A program made the translations under genes and the position numbers. Positions 49,785 to 58,239 of a stretch of 64,000 nt of DNA are shown here, piece by piece. Positions within the stretch are counted from its first letter, which is position 1, and each line of letters starts with the position of its first letter. Source of the DNA: Clostridia bacterium (lineage in GTDB: Bacteria; Bacillota; Clostridia; TANB77; CAG-508); assembly GCA_017511265.1 (NCBI GenBank), contig JAFWKV010000001.1, positions 64,553-128,552 of the forward strand. Direction: 5' to 3'. Under the pieces are notes generated by a model. The model was given only the letters and a program-made list of their open reading frames with translations. It did not search any database and was not told where the DNA came from.

Positions 49785-51184
49785 TATCCTATCGCTCCTT
49801 CCAATTCAAGATTAATTAAATTATTCATTTCTGCTGCATATTCAACAGGAAGTTCTTTAGAAATTGGTGAAGCAAATCCTCTAACAATCATTGCTTTGGC
49901 TTCTTCTTCTGATAAGCCTCTAGACATTAAATAAAAAATTGCCTCATCACTTATTTTTCCAATTTTAGCTTCGTGTGAAAATTCTACATCATCTGTACCA
50001 ATATTACTTACAGGTATAGTATCTGAAACAGACCAGTCATCTAACATAAGTGATTCACAAGATATATTTGATTTTGAGCCATCTGCATTTGGTGCTACAA
50101 CAACATTACTTCTAAATGTTGCAATTCCACCTGATTTTGAAATTGATTTTGAGCTTACAACAGATGCAGTATTTTTGGCTCCATGCACTACTTTCAGTCC
50201 TGTATCTAGGTTTTGTCCTTCTCCTGCAAAAGAAATTCCTGTATACTCCATTTTTGCATTGTCACCTTTTAAAATACTCATTGGATATAGCATTGAAATT
50301 CTTGAACCAAATGAACCTGTTACCCATTCCATTACACCATTTTTTTCTACTATAACCTTTTTAGTATTTAAATTAAGCATATTTTTTGACCAGTTTTCAA
50401 TTGTACTATAACGTAAACGTGCATTTTCTTTAACAAATAATTCAACACAACCTGCATGTAAATTTACTTTGTTATATTTGGGTGCAGAACATCCTTCAAT
50501 AAAATGTAAATTTGCTCCTTCGTCTACTATTATTAATGTATGCTCAAATTGACCTGATTCTGGTGAATTAAGTCTAAAATATGATTGTAAAGGTATTTCT
50601 ACGTTTACACCTTTTGGAACATATACAAAAGATCCACCAGACCATACAGCATAGTGTAGTGCTGCAAATTTATGGTCTTCAGCTGGAACACATTTCATAA
50701 AATACTTTTTTACAATATTCTCATATTTCTTTACTGCTGTTTCAAAATCTGTGTAAATAACTCCTTGTTTTAATAAATCTTCTTGTAAACTATGATACAC
50801 AACCTCTGAATCATATTGTGCACCAACTCCTGCTAATGATTTTTTTTCTGCTTCTGGTATTCCTAAAGCATCAAATGTATTTTTTATTTCTTCAGGCACA
50901 TCTTCCCAACTGGTGTTTAATTCTGATTTTGGTTTTACATATGTTGAGATTTCATCCATATTTAAAACTGATAAGTCAGGTCCCCAAGTTGGCATTTCAA
51001 GCTTGTTATACATTTCTAGCCCTTTTAATCTGCACTCTAGCATCCATGTTGGCTCATTTTTCATACTTGATATTTCTCTAACTATCTTTTCATCAAGGCC
51101 TTTTTGCATTTTGTAGCTATAGTTGTCCTCATTTTTTATATTATAAATACTCCTATTTATATCATCTACTTGAGTTTTAGCCAT
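49784..51184 (-). CDS. sufB: Fe-S cluster assembly protein SufB
   Basis: GVIYTDFETAVKKY, FEHTLIIVDEGANLHFIEGCSAP, FSHEAKIGKISDEAIFYLMSRGLSEEEA. Likely start is MAKTQ at 51184, overlapping the sufC stop. Confidence 0.9.
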   Translation of the reverse strand: MAKTQVDDINRSIYNIKNEDNYSYKMQKGLDEKIVREISSMKNEPTWMLECRLKGLEMYNKLEMPTWGPDLSVLNMDEISTYVKPKSELNTSWEDVPEEIKNTFDALGIPEAEKKSLAGVGAQYDSEVVYHSLQEDLLKQGVIYTDFETAVKKYENIVKKYFMKCVPAEDHKFAALHYAVWSGGSFVYVPKGVNVEIPLQSYFRLNSPESGQFEHTLIIVDEGANLHFIEGCSAPKYNKVNLHAGCVELFVKENARLRYSTIENWSKNMLNLNTKKVIVEKNGVMEWVTGSFGSRISMLYPMSILKGDNAKMEYTGISFAGEGQNLDTGLKVVHGAKNTASVVSSKSISKSGGIATFRSNVVVAPNADGSKSNISCESLMLDDWSVSDTIPVSNIGTDDVEFSHEAKIGKISDEAIFYLMSRGLSEEEAKAMIVRGFASPISKELPVEYAAEMNNLINLELEGAIG

Positions 51185-51929
51185 TAGCTTTCTCCTCTCT
51201 ATATGCTTCATATCCTTGTTTCTCAATCTCTTGTGCTAAACTTCCATCAGCTGTTTTTATTATTTTTCCATTTACTAAAATATGAACATAATCAACATGT
51301 AAATTTTCTAAAATTTTAGTTCCGTGTGTTATTATTAAAACTCCATTATTTTCATTATGATACATATTAATTCCTTTTGAAACCGTTTTGATTGCATCAA
51401 CATCAAGCCCAGAGTCTGTTTCATCAAGTATTGCAAGTTTTGGCTCTAACATAAGCATTTGCAAAATTTCATTCTTTTTCTTTTCTCCTCCTGAAAAGCC
51501 CACATTTAAATCGCGATTTGAATATTCTACGTTCATATTTAAATCTTTCATTGTCTGTTCTAGGTTTTTCTTAAATTCAAATATTCTAACTGGCTTTTCG
51601 TCTTTTGCAACTTTTGCTGATTTTATAAAATTTTGTACTGATATTCCAGGTATTTCCTCAGGTGATTGGAATGACATAAATATTCCTTTTTTTGCTCTTT
51701 CGTCTGTACGTAAATCATTTATATTTTCGTTTTCAAATATTATGTCTCCTTCTGTTCTCGTATATTCTGGGTTGTTTAAAATTACATTTGCTAGAGTGGA
51801 TTTTCCTGCTCCATTTGGCCCCATTATGACATGAACTTCTCCCTTGTTTATTTGTAAGTTTAGCCCTTTTAATATTTCTTTTTCTCCTGCATTTACATGT
51901 AAATCCTTGATTTTTAATAAATTTTCCAT
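51177..51929 (-). CDS. sufC: Fe-S cluster assembly ATPase SufC
   Basis: GPNGAGKSTL, FSGGEKKKNEILQM, LAILDETDSGLD. Confidence 0.95.
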   Translation of the reverse strand: MENLLKIKDLHVNAGEKEILKGLNLQINKGEVHVIMGPNGAGKSTLANVILNNPEYTRTEGDIIFENENINDLRTDERAKKGIFMSFQSPEEIPGISVQNFIKSAKVAKDEKPVRIFEFKKNLEQTMKDLNMNVEYSNRDLNVGFSGGEKKKNEILQMLMLEPKLAILDETDSGLDVDAIKTVSKGINMYHNENNGVLIITHGTKILENLHVDYVHILVNGKIIKTADGSLAQEIEKQGYEAYREEKANG

Positions 51930-51992
51930 TTTTAGTTCCTTTCTTTATAATTAAATTAGAATACAATAGTTAATATATAGGAAATTTATATA

Positions 51993-52448
51993 TTAGCTAG
52001 TTGCATTTTTATTTTTTACGCGTATACAATTTTGGCATTGGTTGTTTCCTAAATCAAAATTACATTTTAAATCATCTAATCCTAGTACTTTTATTATATA
52101 ATTTTCTAATTTTGAAACTGTTTCTTCAGATATAGCATGCTTCATTGCTATTGCTTCTTTTTCAGCAGTTTGATTATCAACATCAATTATTTGAATTAAA
52201 AATAATTTTAAAATATCTTCTCTCTTGACTGCTGATTTTGCCAACTTCTCTCCATCTTCAGTAATTTCTATATTACCATAAGCTTCATATAAAATAAGTC
52301 CTTCATCTTTTAAACATTTAAGTGCTCGATTTACACTAGGCTTACTACAATTAAGCTTTTTTGATATATCTGTAACGCGAACTTGTCCCTCACTGTTTTT
52401 CAATATATATATTGTTTTTAAATATTCTTCTAAAGAATTTGTCAGCAT
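51993..52448 (-). CDS. DtxR/MntR-family metal-dependent transcriptional repressor
   Basis: LEEYLKTIYIL, VRVTDISKKLNCSKPSVNRALKCLKDEGLI winged-HTH, metal-binding/dimerisation helix region. Heads the suf operon. Confidence 0.8.
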   Translation of the reverse strand: MLTNSLEEYLKTIYILKNSEGQVRVTDISKKLNCSKPSVNRALKCLKDEGLILYEAYGNIEITEDGEKLAKSAVKREDILKLFLIQIIDVDNQTAEKEAIAMKHAISEETVSKLENYIIKVLGLDDLKCNFDLGNNQCQNCIRVKNKNATS

Positions 52449-52464
52449 ACATTCACCTCACATT

Positions 52465-52482
52465 TGTTAGCTTACCCTAACA
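52465..52482. promoter_or_regulatory. Candidate DtxR-type operator upstream of the repressor-suf operon
   Basis: TGTTAGCTTACCCTAACA: GTTAG-N6-CTAAC inverted repeat resembling the core of the DtxR box (TTAGGTTAGCCTAACCTAA), 17-34 nt upstream of the repressor start. Confidence 0.4.
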
Positions 52483-52538
52483 TTATAAAGGTTATACTTC
52501 AATTTGTCAAGAGGAATACAACTATTTTGGACGGGGGA

Positions 52539-52827
52539 TGCTGTCTTTTGGGACGGGGCAAAAAAACATCACCTGCTGTCTTTTGGGACGGGGTTAAAAA
52601 ACATCATCATCTCCATTAGCTATATTTATTAAAAAATGTAGACCGCGTAGGCGGAGCGAAGCGTAGTCGTCTGGAGCTTTCTCTTCACTAATATAAATTT
52701 CAATGAAAGAAAGCGACAACAAGGTCGTAATGTTTAATAAATATAACCAATGGAGATGATGATGTTTTTTAACCCCGTCCCAAAAGACAGCAGGTGATGT
52801 TTTTTTGCCCCGTCCCAAAAGACAGCA
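52539..52827. repeat. Hairpin element HP-B2 (family B): ~92-bp near-perfect arms plus conserved core
   Basis: Arms pair from 52539/52827 inward with only two mismatches (52618.52748, 52620.52746). Each arm carries two copies of CTGTCTTTTGGGACGGGG (52541-52558, 52576-52593; reversed at 52773-52790, 52808-52825). Core is 52641-52726. Confidence 0.95.
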
Positions 52828-52834
52828 AAATGCA

Positions 52835-53728
52835 TCATCTTTCATTGTATTTTTCTAATTCAGTTTGAAATTCTTCAAGTAATCTGGCAAGTCTACTTTG
52901 TTGTTCTATATCTTCAGCTCTTTCCTGTAAACTTGTAATTCTTCTTATATAAGCATCAGCATTTTGCATTATTTCTTCTCTATTCCTTTGTCTATAAAAG
53001 TCAATAGCTTCTCTTGATGATGCAAATCTGCTATCTCCACTTTGCCATACAAGTTCAGGCTTATCTTCAACATAGCCACGTTTAAATGCACAAGTTCTAG
53101 AAATAAGGTTTCTTCTTTCTATTTCATCTAATGTTTCTAGCATTCTAACATATGAGTCATCATGATATCTAGGTTGAACAATACGAGGTGTTAAGCCATT
53201 TTCTCTATAGTACTGTTCACGCTCATAACACGATAATAAGCTTTCATATCTATCTACCGCTAGAATCGCCACATCAATATCATATCCTCCATTTTTTTGA
53301 TAATCTAGTATTGACAAATATCCATCCTTGCTTGCAAAAGTACCTTCTTGAACAACATTTACCTTTAAATCTACTCCTTTTCTCCTTAAGTGTTCATCTA
53401 ATGCAGGTCTAATAAATCTTTGCAAAATTTGAAAGCTGTCATCTGGATAATGTCTCATTATCTCTGCATAATGTTCATGATAAGGTCCAATATTATCTGG
53501 ATTAAATTCTACAAATGATGCTAATCTACCAGTATTTTGTCCTTGATTAATAACATATGTTTTTAACCCAGTTTTACCAGCTCCTGGCTGAGCAACAACA
53601 AATACTGAATATGGATGTTTACTTGGCTTACATGTCATAAACACACCCATTTCTGCTCTACTTAAGCTACTAATATATTCTTCTTCTGTTAAATCGTATT
53701 CTGAGCCTATTGGCATTTCTTCTTTCAT
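52835..53728 (-). CDS. Zeta-toxin-family kinase
   Basis: Walker A VVAQPGAGKTG, FNPDNIGPYHEHY, VVQEGTF, helical C-terminal tail. Preferred start is ATG 53728, preceded by GGAGG; the ORF track starts at 53740. Visibly more G+C than its neighbours. Confidence 0.75.
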   Translation of the reverse strand: MKEEMPIGSEYDLTEEEYISSLSRAEMGVFMTCKPSKHPYSVFVVAQPGAGKTGLKTYVINQGQNTGRLASFVEFNPDNIGPYHEHYAEIMRHYPDDSFQILQRFIRPALDEHLRRKGVDLKVNVVQEGTFASKDGYLSILDYQKNGGYDIDVAILAVDRYESLLSCYEREQYYRENGLTPRIVQPRYHDDSYVRMLETLDEIERRNLISRTCAFKRGYVEDKPELVWQSGDSRFASSREAIDFYRQRNREEIMQNADAYIRRITSLQERAEDIEQQSRLARLLEEFQTELEKYNER

Positions 53729-53739
53729 ACAATCCTCCA

Positions 53740-53943
53740 TTATTTATTTTTGACTTCTTCCAAATATACTGTTAGAACTTTTTCTATTATCTGTTCATTA
53801 TTATTGTATATTTCATTTTTTTCATCATATAATATTTGCATATTTTCTTTGAATTTATTAAAATCTTTTTCTTGATTATTTTTTATTGAATTTGCAATCT
53901 TTAAATTAATTATATATAATGCTAGTTCTTTTCTATTATTCAT
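53740..53943 (-). CDS. Small helical protein, candidate epsilon-like antitoxin
   Basis: 67-aa K/E/N-rich ORF whose stop abuts or overlaps the zeta start (TAATG). No sequence similarity recognised; call rests on position only. Confidence 0.4.
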   Translation of the reverse strand: MNNRKELALYIINLKIANSIKNNQEKDFNKFKENMQILYDEKNEIYNNNEQIIEKVLTVYLEEVKNK

Positions 53944-53966
53944 ATTTCCTCCTAATAATCTCTTAA

Positions 53967-54428
53967 TTAGTCTATTAAAGTTGTTTCTTTTAATAATAGT
54001 ATATTTTCACAATTTTCGTCTATTTTTCTCAAAATTGATGGATCATCATCAATAAATATAATTTGCGAATCTTTTTGTTCTAAACTTGTAATAAATTCAT
54101 ATTTTAAATCAATTGCATTTTTTTCAAAATTATATTGCTCTCTAGATAATATATTTCTATTTTCTTTTTTAAAAAAAGGTGCAAACTCATCTAGCCATTT
54201 ATTTTTTTGTTCAATTCCCTCTGACATTCTTGTAACTGATAAAATATGTAATTTAACATTTGGCATTTTAGAAATTTCTTCTAACTTAGAAAGAATACTA
54301 ACTAGAGGTCTCTTTTTGTCATATCTTGCTGGTACCCCAACTTCATAGTCTGCAATAACTCCATCCATATCAACATACATGTCTACATTTTTATTGTCTA
54401 AATCTTTTAAAATATCAAAAATAATCAT
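53967..54428 (-). CDS. HAD-superfamily 5'(3')-deoxyribonucleotidase-like protein (NT5C family)
   Basis: Motif I VDMDGVIADY near the N-terminus, late IFIDDD motif, about 150 aa. RBS AGGAGA 7 nt upstream. Confidence 0.6.
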   Translation of the reverse strand: MIIFDILKDLDNKNVDMYVDMDGVIADYEVGVPARYDKKRPLVSILSKLEEISKMPNVKLHILSVTRMSEGIEQKNKWLDEFAPFFKKENRNILSREQYNFEKNAIDLKYEFITSLEQKDSQIIFIDDDPSILRKIDENCENILLLKETTLID

Positions 54429-54519
54429 ATTATATTCTCCTAACTTTTATAATATCTTTTGCTATTATAACACCTTAATTACTTTTTTGCAAATTTCGAT
54501 GGATTTTTTATATTTTTTA

Positions 54520-54528
54520 TGCTAAAAT
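54520..54528 (+). promoter_or_regulatory. Extended -10 element upstream of the RelA/SpoT-like gene
   Basis: TGcTAAAAT about 28 nt upstream of ATG 54556. The -35 region is weak (TGGATT). Confidence 0.3.
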
Positions 54529-54555
54529 ATTGTGTTGGTGGAGGTGAATTACTAT

Positions 54556-56002
54556 ATGTCATTAGATAGTAACACATTTAGAGAACGAAATAAACAACAT
54601 CCTATTAGAAAAAACGCATTAGAAAATTTTAGTAAAGTTACAAATTTTTCTGTAAGCAAAGATGTAAGAAGATATATGTATCAAGTTATGGCAACAATTG
54701 GCTTAGAGCTTGAGCGAAAATTCCCAAATACAGTACATTTTGATGATAACCGGTTTTAAAATGTTCGGTCGTATAAAATCTGAAAAGAGTACATCTGAAA
54801 AAAAAGCATCGAATATACAAGATTATGATGATAAATTTCAAACTGCTATAGAAGAGCAAAAAGACATACCTACAGAAGTAAGACCTATTTTTGATTTTTA
54901 TGCTTACAAATTAGTATGTCCTGAAATTACAAACTCTCATGATGTAATAAATACTGTAATTTCAGATATTTTAACTGATATTGGAAAACATTCACCCAAA
55001 TATCTATCATACATAACTGAATTAAAAAGTAGTATTGATATATCGCGTTTTCCTTCATTAGAATTTATTACTAACAATTTTTCAGATAAATATCCTAATT
55101 TAAAAGATAAGTTAGCAGCTGTAATGTATACTCAAAATGAGGCAAATAAAACTCAAGAATTTTTGGATAATGCTCCTAAAGATGTATCAAATCTTACTTA
55201 TTCAGAATATTATTCAAAAATAATTGAATGTTATCAACTTTTAATTAATCTTTCGTATGATGATTCTATTGAAGAATATACTCGTATTGCAAAATTAGCT
55301 AAGCAGTCTAGAGAGCAATTACATCAAATAATTGAACAAGGTAAAAGTCATCAAAAAATTGATAAACAGTTCCATAAAGAATACGGAGATACTTTAGAAA
55401 AACTATTAAAACATGTTTCAAAAAAGCGAACAAACAGGCTTGACCTAACAATTTGTGATTTGATGGTCTTCGATGTTTTAACTACTTGTGAATCATTAAA
55501 AAAGTTAGGAGTGTCTTATTCAAAGGATCCTACTAGAACTAAGAAAAAGAGGAAGCAAAATGGCTACATAGCAAATTTTTATAGTTTAGATATGCCAAAT
55601 GGATTAACATCTGAAATTCAATTACAATCACTTTATAGATATGAATATGGTGAGTATGGACCTGCAGCACATCATAAAATGGAAAATGGATTAAAGAAAA
55701 GAACTTTATTTAAAAGACCTAAAAACAAAAGTAAATATGCAGATTGGGCTGAGAAGCAATTTAAAGCATTACCTAGATATTTTACCTATAGAGGTAATGG
55801 TTATGTTGAAGTACATAGCACTCTTCAAAATTTTAGAAAATATTATGACTGCAAAGATAAAAGTGAGGTTCAAACATATGTTGAATTTATTGCACAGCAT
55901 GATGTTGATTTATTAGATAGCCATCTTATACAATTTTCTTTGGATGATACTTCTCCTTTAAATAAATCAACAAAAGCAAATAATTCCGCAGAAGAACGCT
56001 AA
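54556..56002 (+). CDS. Atypical RelA/SpoT-homologue (RSH) nucleotidyltransferase-like protein; needs a +1 frame change at 54754-54759
   Basis: ATG 54556 follows GGAGGTGA. FGRIKSEKSTSEKK, FDFYAYKLVC, NGYIANFYSL...SEIQLQS...AAHHKM follow the order of RelA_SpoT synthetase motifs but are degenerate, and about 190 aa are inserted between them. The N-terminal 67 codons end at TAA 54757-54759. Skipping one T restores ...DDNRFKMFGRIKS. Confidence 0.55.
54754..54759 (+). other. TTT_TAA site joining the two RSH reading frames
   Basis: CGG TTT TAA AAT G in frame 0. Re-pairing Phe-tRNA on the overlapping TTT (+1) gives AAA ATG TTC GGT CGT = KMFGR. Confidence 0.6.
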
Positions 56003-56207
56003 GAACAATTTTTATAAATAAATAATAACTCATATACTATATAAATATAGAATCGCATGAATGTTGAATTATAAATATATTTGGAACAAAACATAGCTGG
56101 GGTCTTCCTATTGGTCTTGTTCCGACAATATATTTATAATTCAACATTTATGCGATTCTATATTTATATAGTATATGAGTTATTATTTATTTATAAAAAT
56201 TGTTCTT
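56001..56207. repeat. Hairpin element HP-C2 (family C): ~81-bp arms with a single G.T mismatch
   Basis: 56001-56081 pairs with 56127-56207 (mismatch 56059.56149). Apex GGAACAA/TTGTTCC encloses AAAACATAGCTGGGGTCTTCCTA (56088-56110). The right arm contains the last 7 sense codons and stop of the SEDS gene. The left arm starts at the last base of the RSH stop codon. Confidence 0.95.
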
Positions 56208-57292
56208 TGTCGTTTGCTGCTTATATTAAGTAATAGTCCTATACATACAAAGCTTGTTATTAATGAGCTTCCTCCATAACTAATAAACAAAAGCGGTATA
56301 CCTGTAATTGGAAGCAATCCAATTGTCATACCTATATTTTCAGCCATATGGAAGAAGAAAATTCCAGCAATGCCTATAGCAATATATGATCCCAAATTAT
56401 CATGTGCAGTTTTTGCTACATAAATTGCCTTTGTTATCAGAAATACATATAAAATAACAATTAAAGCAGCCATAATAAATCCTAATTCTTCTCCAATTGC
56501 CGCAAAAATGAAGTCTGTAGTTTTTGGATGTAAATAGCCTAATTGAGTTTGATTTCCTTGTAATAACCCCATTCCTAAAAGTTCACCTGCACCAACTGCT
56601 AATTTAGATTGAATTATATTATAGCCTGCTCCTCTTGGATCTAGCTCTGGATTTAAATATACATTTATTCTATTTTTTGCATAATCTGGTAAAACGAAAT
56701 TATATATTAGCGGTACAGCGACTGCAACAAGTACTGCTACAGTAATTATATATTTTTTATCTATTCCTGCTGTAAATAATATACATAATAATGCAATAAT
56801 GTATGCCATAGCAGTTCCATTGTCTGGTTCTTTAACAACTAGTCCTATCGGAATTCCAGCTATTAATAATATAAGTAATAACCATCCAAATTTATTTATT
56901 CTACTTATTCCTCTTTCTTGTATTTTCGAGATAGTAAAACTAAGAACTAATATTAAAAAAATTTTTGTAAATTCTGCTGGCTGAAATGTAAATGAACCTA
57001 AGTCAAACCAGCTTCTTGCTCCATTTACTGGCGTGGTAAATAAAACTCCCACCAGTAATGCACAAAAAAATACATACCATATCGGTGAAACTTTAGCTAT
57101 TACTTCATAATCAATTATTCCTACTATTAGCATTGCTACTACACTTATTCCAAGCCATATTGCTTGTTTTTTTAATTCTGAAAATTCTGTATTATACGAA
57201 ACTGTATATAATGCTATCATTCCAATTATAGTCAATGCTACTGCACAAATTAAAATTGCCCATTCTGTATTTTTTAGTCGTTGTCTTCCCAT
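56183..57292 (-). CDS. SEDS-family peptidoglycan glycosyltransferase (FtsW/RodA/SpoVE)
   Basis: 10-TM protein with GARSWFDLG, FQPAEFTKI, PDNGTA, LPITGIPLLFISYGGSS. Start at ATG 57292, preceded by AAAGGAGAAAAA. Confidence 0.85.
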   Translation of the reverse strand: MGRQRLKNTEWAILICAVALTIIGMIALYTVSYNTEFSELKKQAIWLGISVVAMLIVGIIDYEVIAKVSPIWYVFFCALLVGVLFTTPVNGARSWFDLGSFTFQPAEFTKIFLILVLSFTISKIQERGISRINKFGWLLLILLIAGIPIGLVVKEPDNGTAMAYIIALLCILFTAGIDKKYIITVAVLVAVAVPLIYNFVLPDYAKNRINVYLNPELDPRGAGYNIIQSKLAVGAGELLGMGLLQGNQTQLGYLHPKTTDFIFAAIGEELGFIMAALIVILYVFLITKAIYVAKTAHDNLGSYIAIGIAGIFFFHMAENIGMTIGLLPITGIPLLFISYGGSSLITSFVCIGLLLNISSKRQRTIFINK

Positions 57293-57339
57293 TTTTTCTC
57301 CTTTATGATTTTGGGAAACTGCCAAAATCATCTCTTTTA

Positions 57340-58239
57340 TTATAAAATAATTTCTCTTTTTAATCTATTGCTTCTGACTTCTCCAATTCCAATAAATTTA
57401 TTTGAATTATCATAAATTTTATACAAATCATCTTGCAATTCTACATTCAATTTTATTCCATTTAAAAACCTTCTTAAATCTTTGTTAGTCATTGTTATAC
57501 TTTTATTTTTAGAAAAAAATTTTTTAAAAGTATAAAAATTTTTATTCATAAATTCTGTATTATGAATATTTTCTTGTAGTTGTTCTATAGTTACGGCATC
57601 TTCTATATTAAATTTTCCTACTTTGATTCTATTTAATTCCTTCATATATCCTATTGTGCCTAATTTTTTTGCAATGTCTTCACATAAACTCCTTATGTAT
57701 GTTCCCTTTGAACATTCAACCTTAAATGAAATTTCATTTTCTTTTTTATTTAGTTTTAGTAATTCTATTGAATATATTTCAATTTGCCTAGGTTTTAAAT
57801 CAAGTTTTTCTCCATTTCGTGCATATTCATATAGTTTTTTACCATTTACCTTTATTGCTGAATATATTGGTGGTATTTGTTCTTGTTTGCCTTGAAAATT
57901 TGATAAAACATTTATAACGTTTTTATCGGTTAATAGGTTGCTTTTAATTGATTGTTCTTCTATAATTTTACCTTCACTATCTGCAGTGTCTGTTTTTATT
58001 CCAATCTTGAGAACTACTTCATATATTTTATCGTGATTTATCAAATATTTTGAAAGTTTTGTTCCTTTTCCTATTAAAAGGGGCAATACTCCAGTTGCAT
58101 TTGGATCTAATGTTCCTGTATGACCTACCCTTTCATTAAATATTTTTTTTACTTTATATACTACATCATGAGATGTGCATCCTTTTGGCTTATTTATTAC
58201 TATAATTCCATCCATTTTTGTAAGCTCATTTCTTTTCAT
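57340..58239 (-). CDS. truB: tRNA pseudouridine(55) synthase
   Basis: GIIVINKPKGCTSHDVV, GHTGTLDPNATGVLPLLIG, YSAIKVNGKKLYEYAR. Confidence 0.9.
   Translation of the reverse strand: MKRNELTKMDGIIVINKPKGCTSHDVVYKVKKIFNERVGHTGTLDPNATGVLPLLIGKGTKLSKYLINHDKIYEVVLKIGIKTDTADSEGKIIEEQSIKSNLLTDKNVINVLSNFQGKQEQIPPIYSAIKVNGKKLYEYARNGEKLDLKPRQIEIYSIELLKLNKKENEISFKVECSKGTYIRSLCEDIAKKLGTIGYMKELNRIKVGKFNIEDAVTIEQLQENIHNTEFMNKNFYTFKKFFSKNKSITMTNKDLRRFLNGIKLNVELQDDLYKIYDNSNKFIGIGEVRSNRLKREIIL

Noticed and set aside
52525-52825. Possible CRISPR array, because of the repeated 18-nt motif CTGTCTTTTGGGACGGGG
   Set aside because: The copies are arranged as mirror-image arms of one hairpin (two direct, two inverted), not as evenly spaced direct repeats with unique spacers. 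No cas genes are present in the window.
52594-52845. 83-aa ORF spanning HP-B2
   Set aside because: It lies entirely within the foldback element, has no RBS, and its sequence is dictated by the repeat arms.
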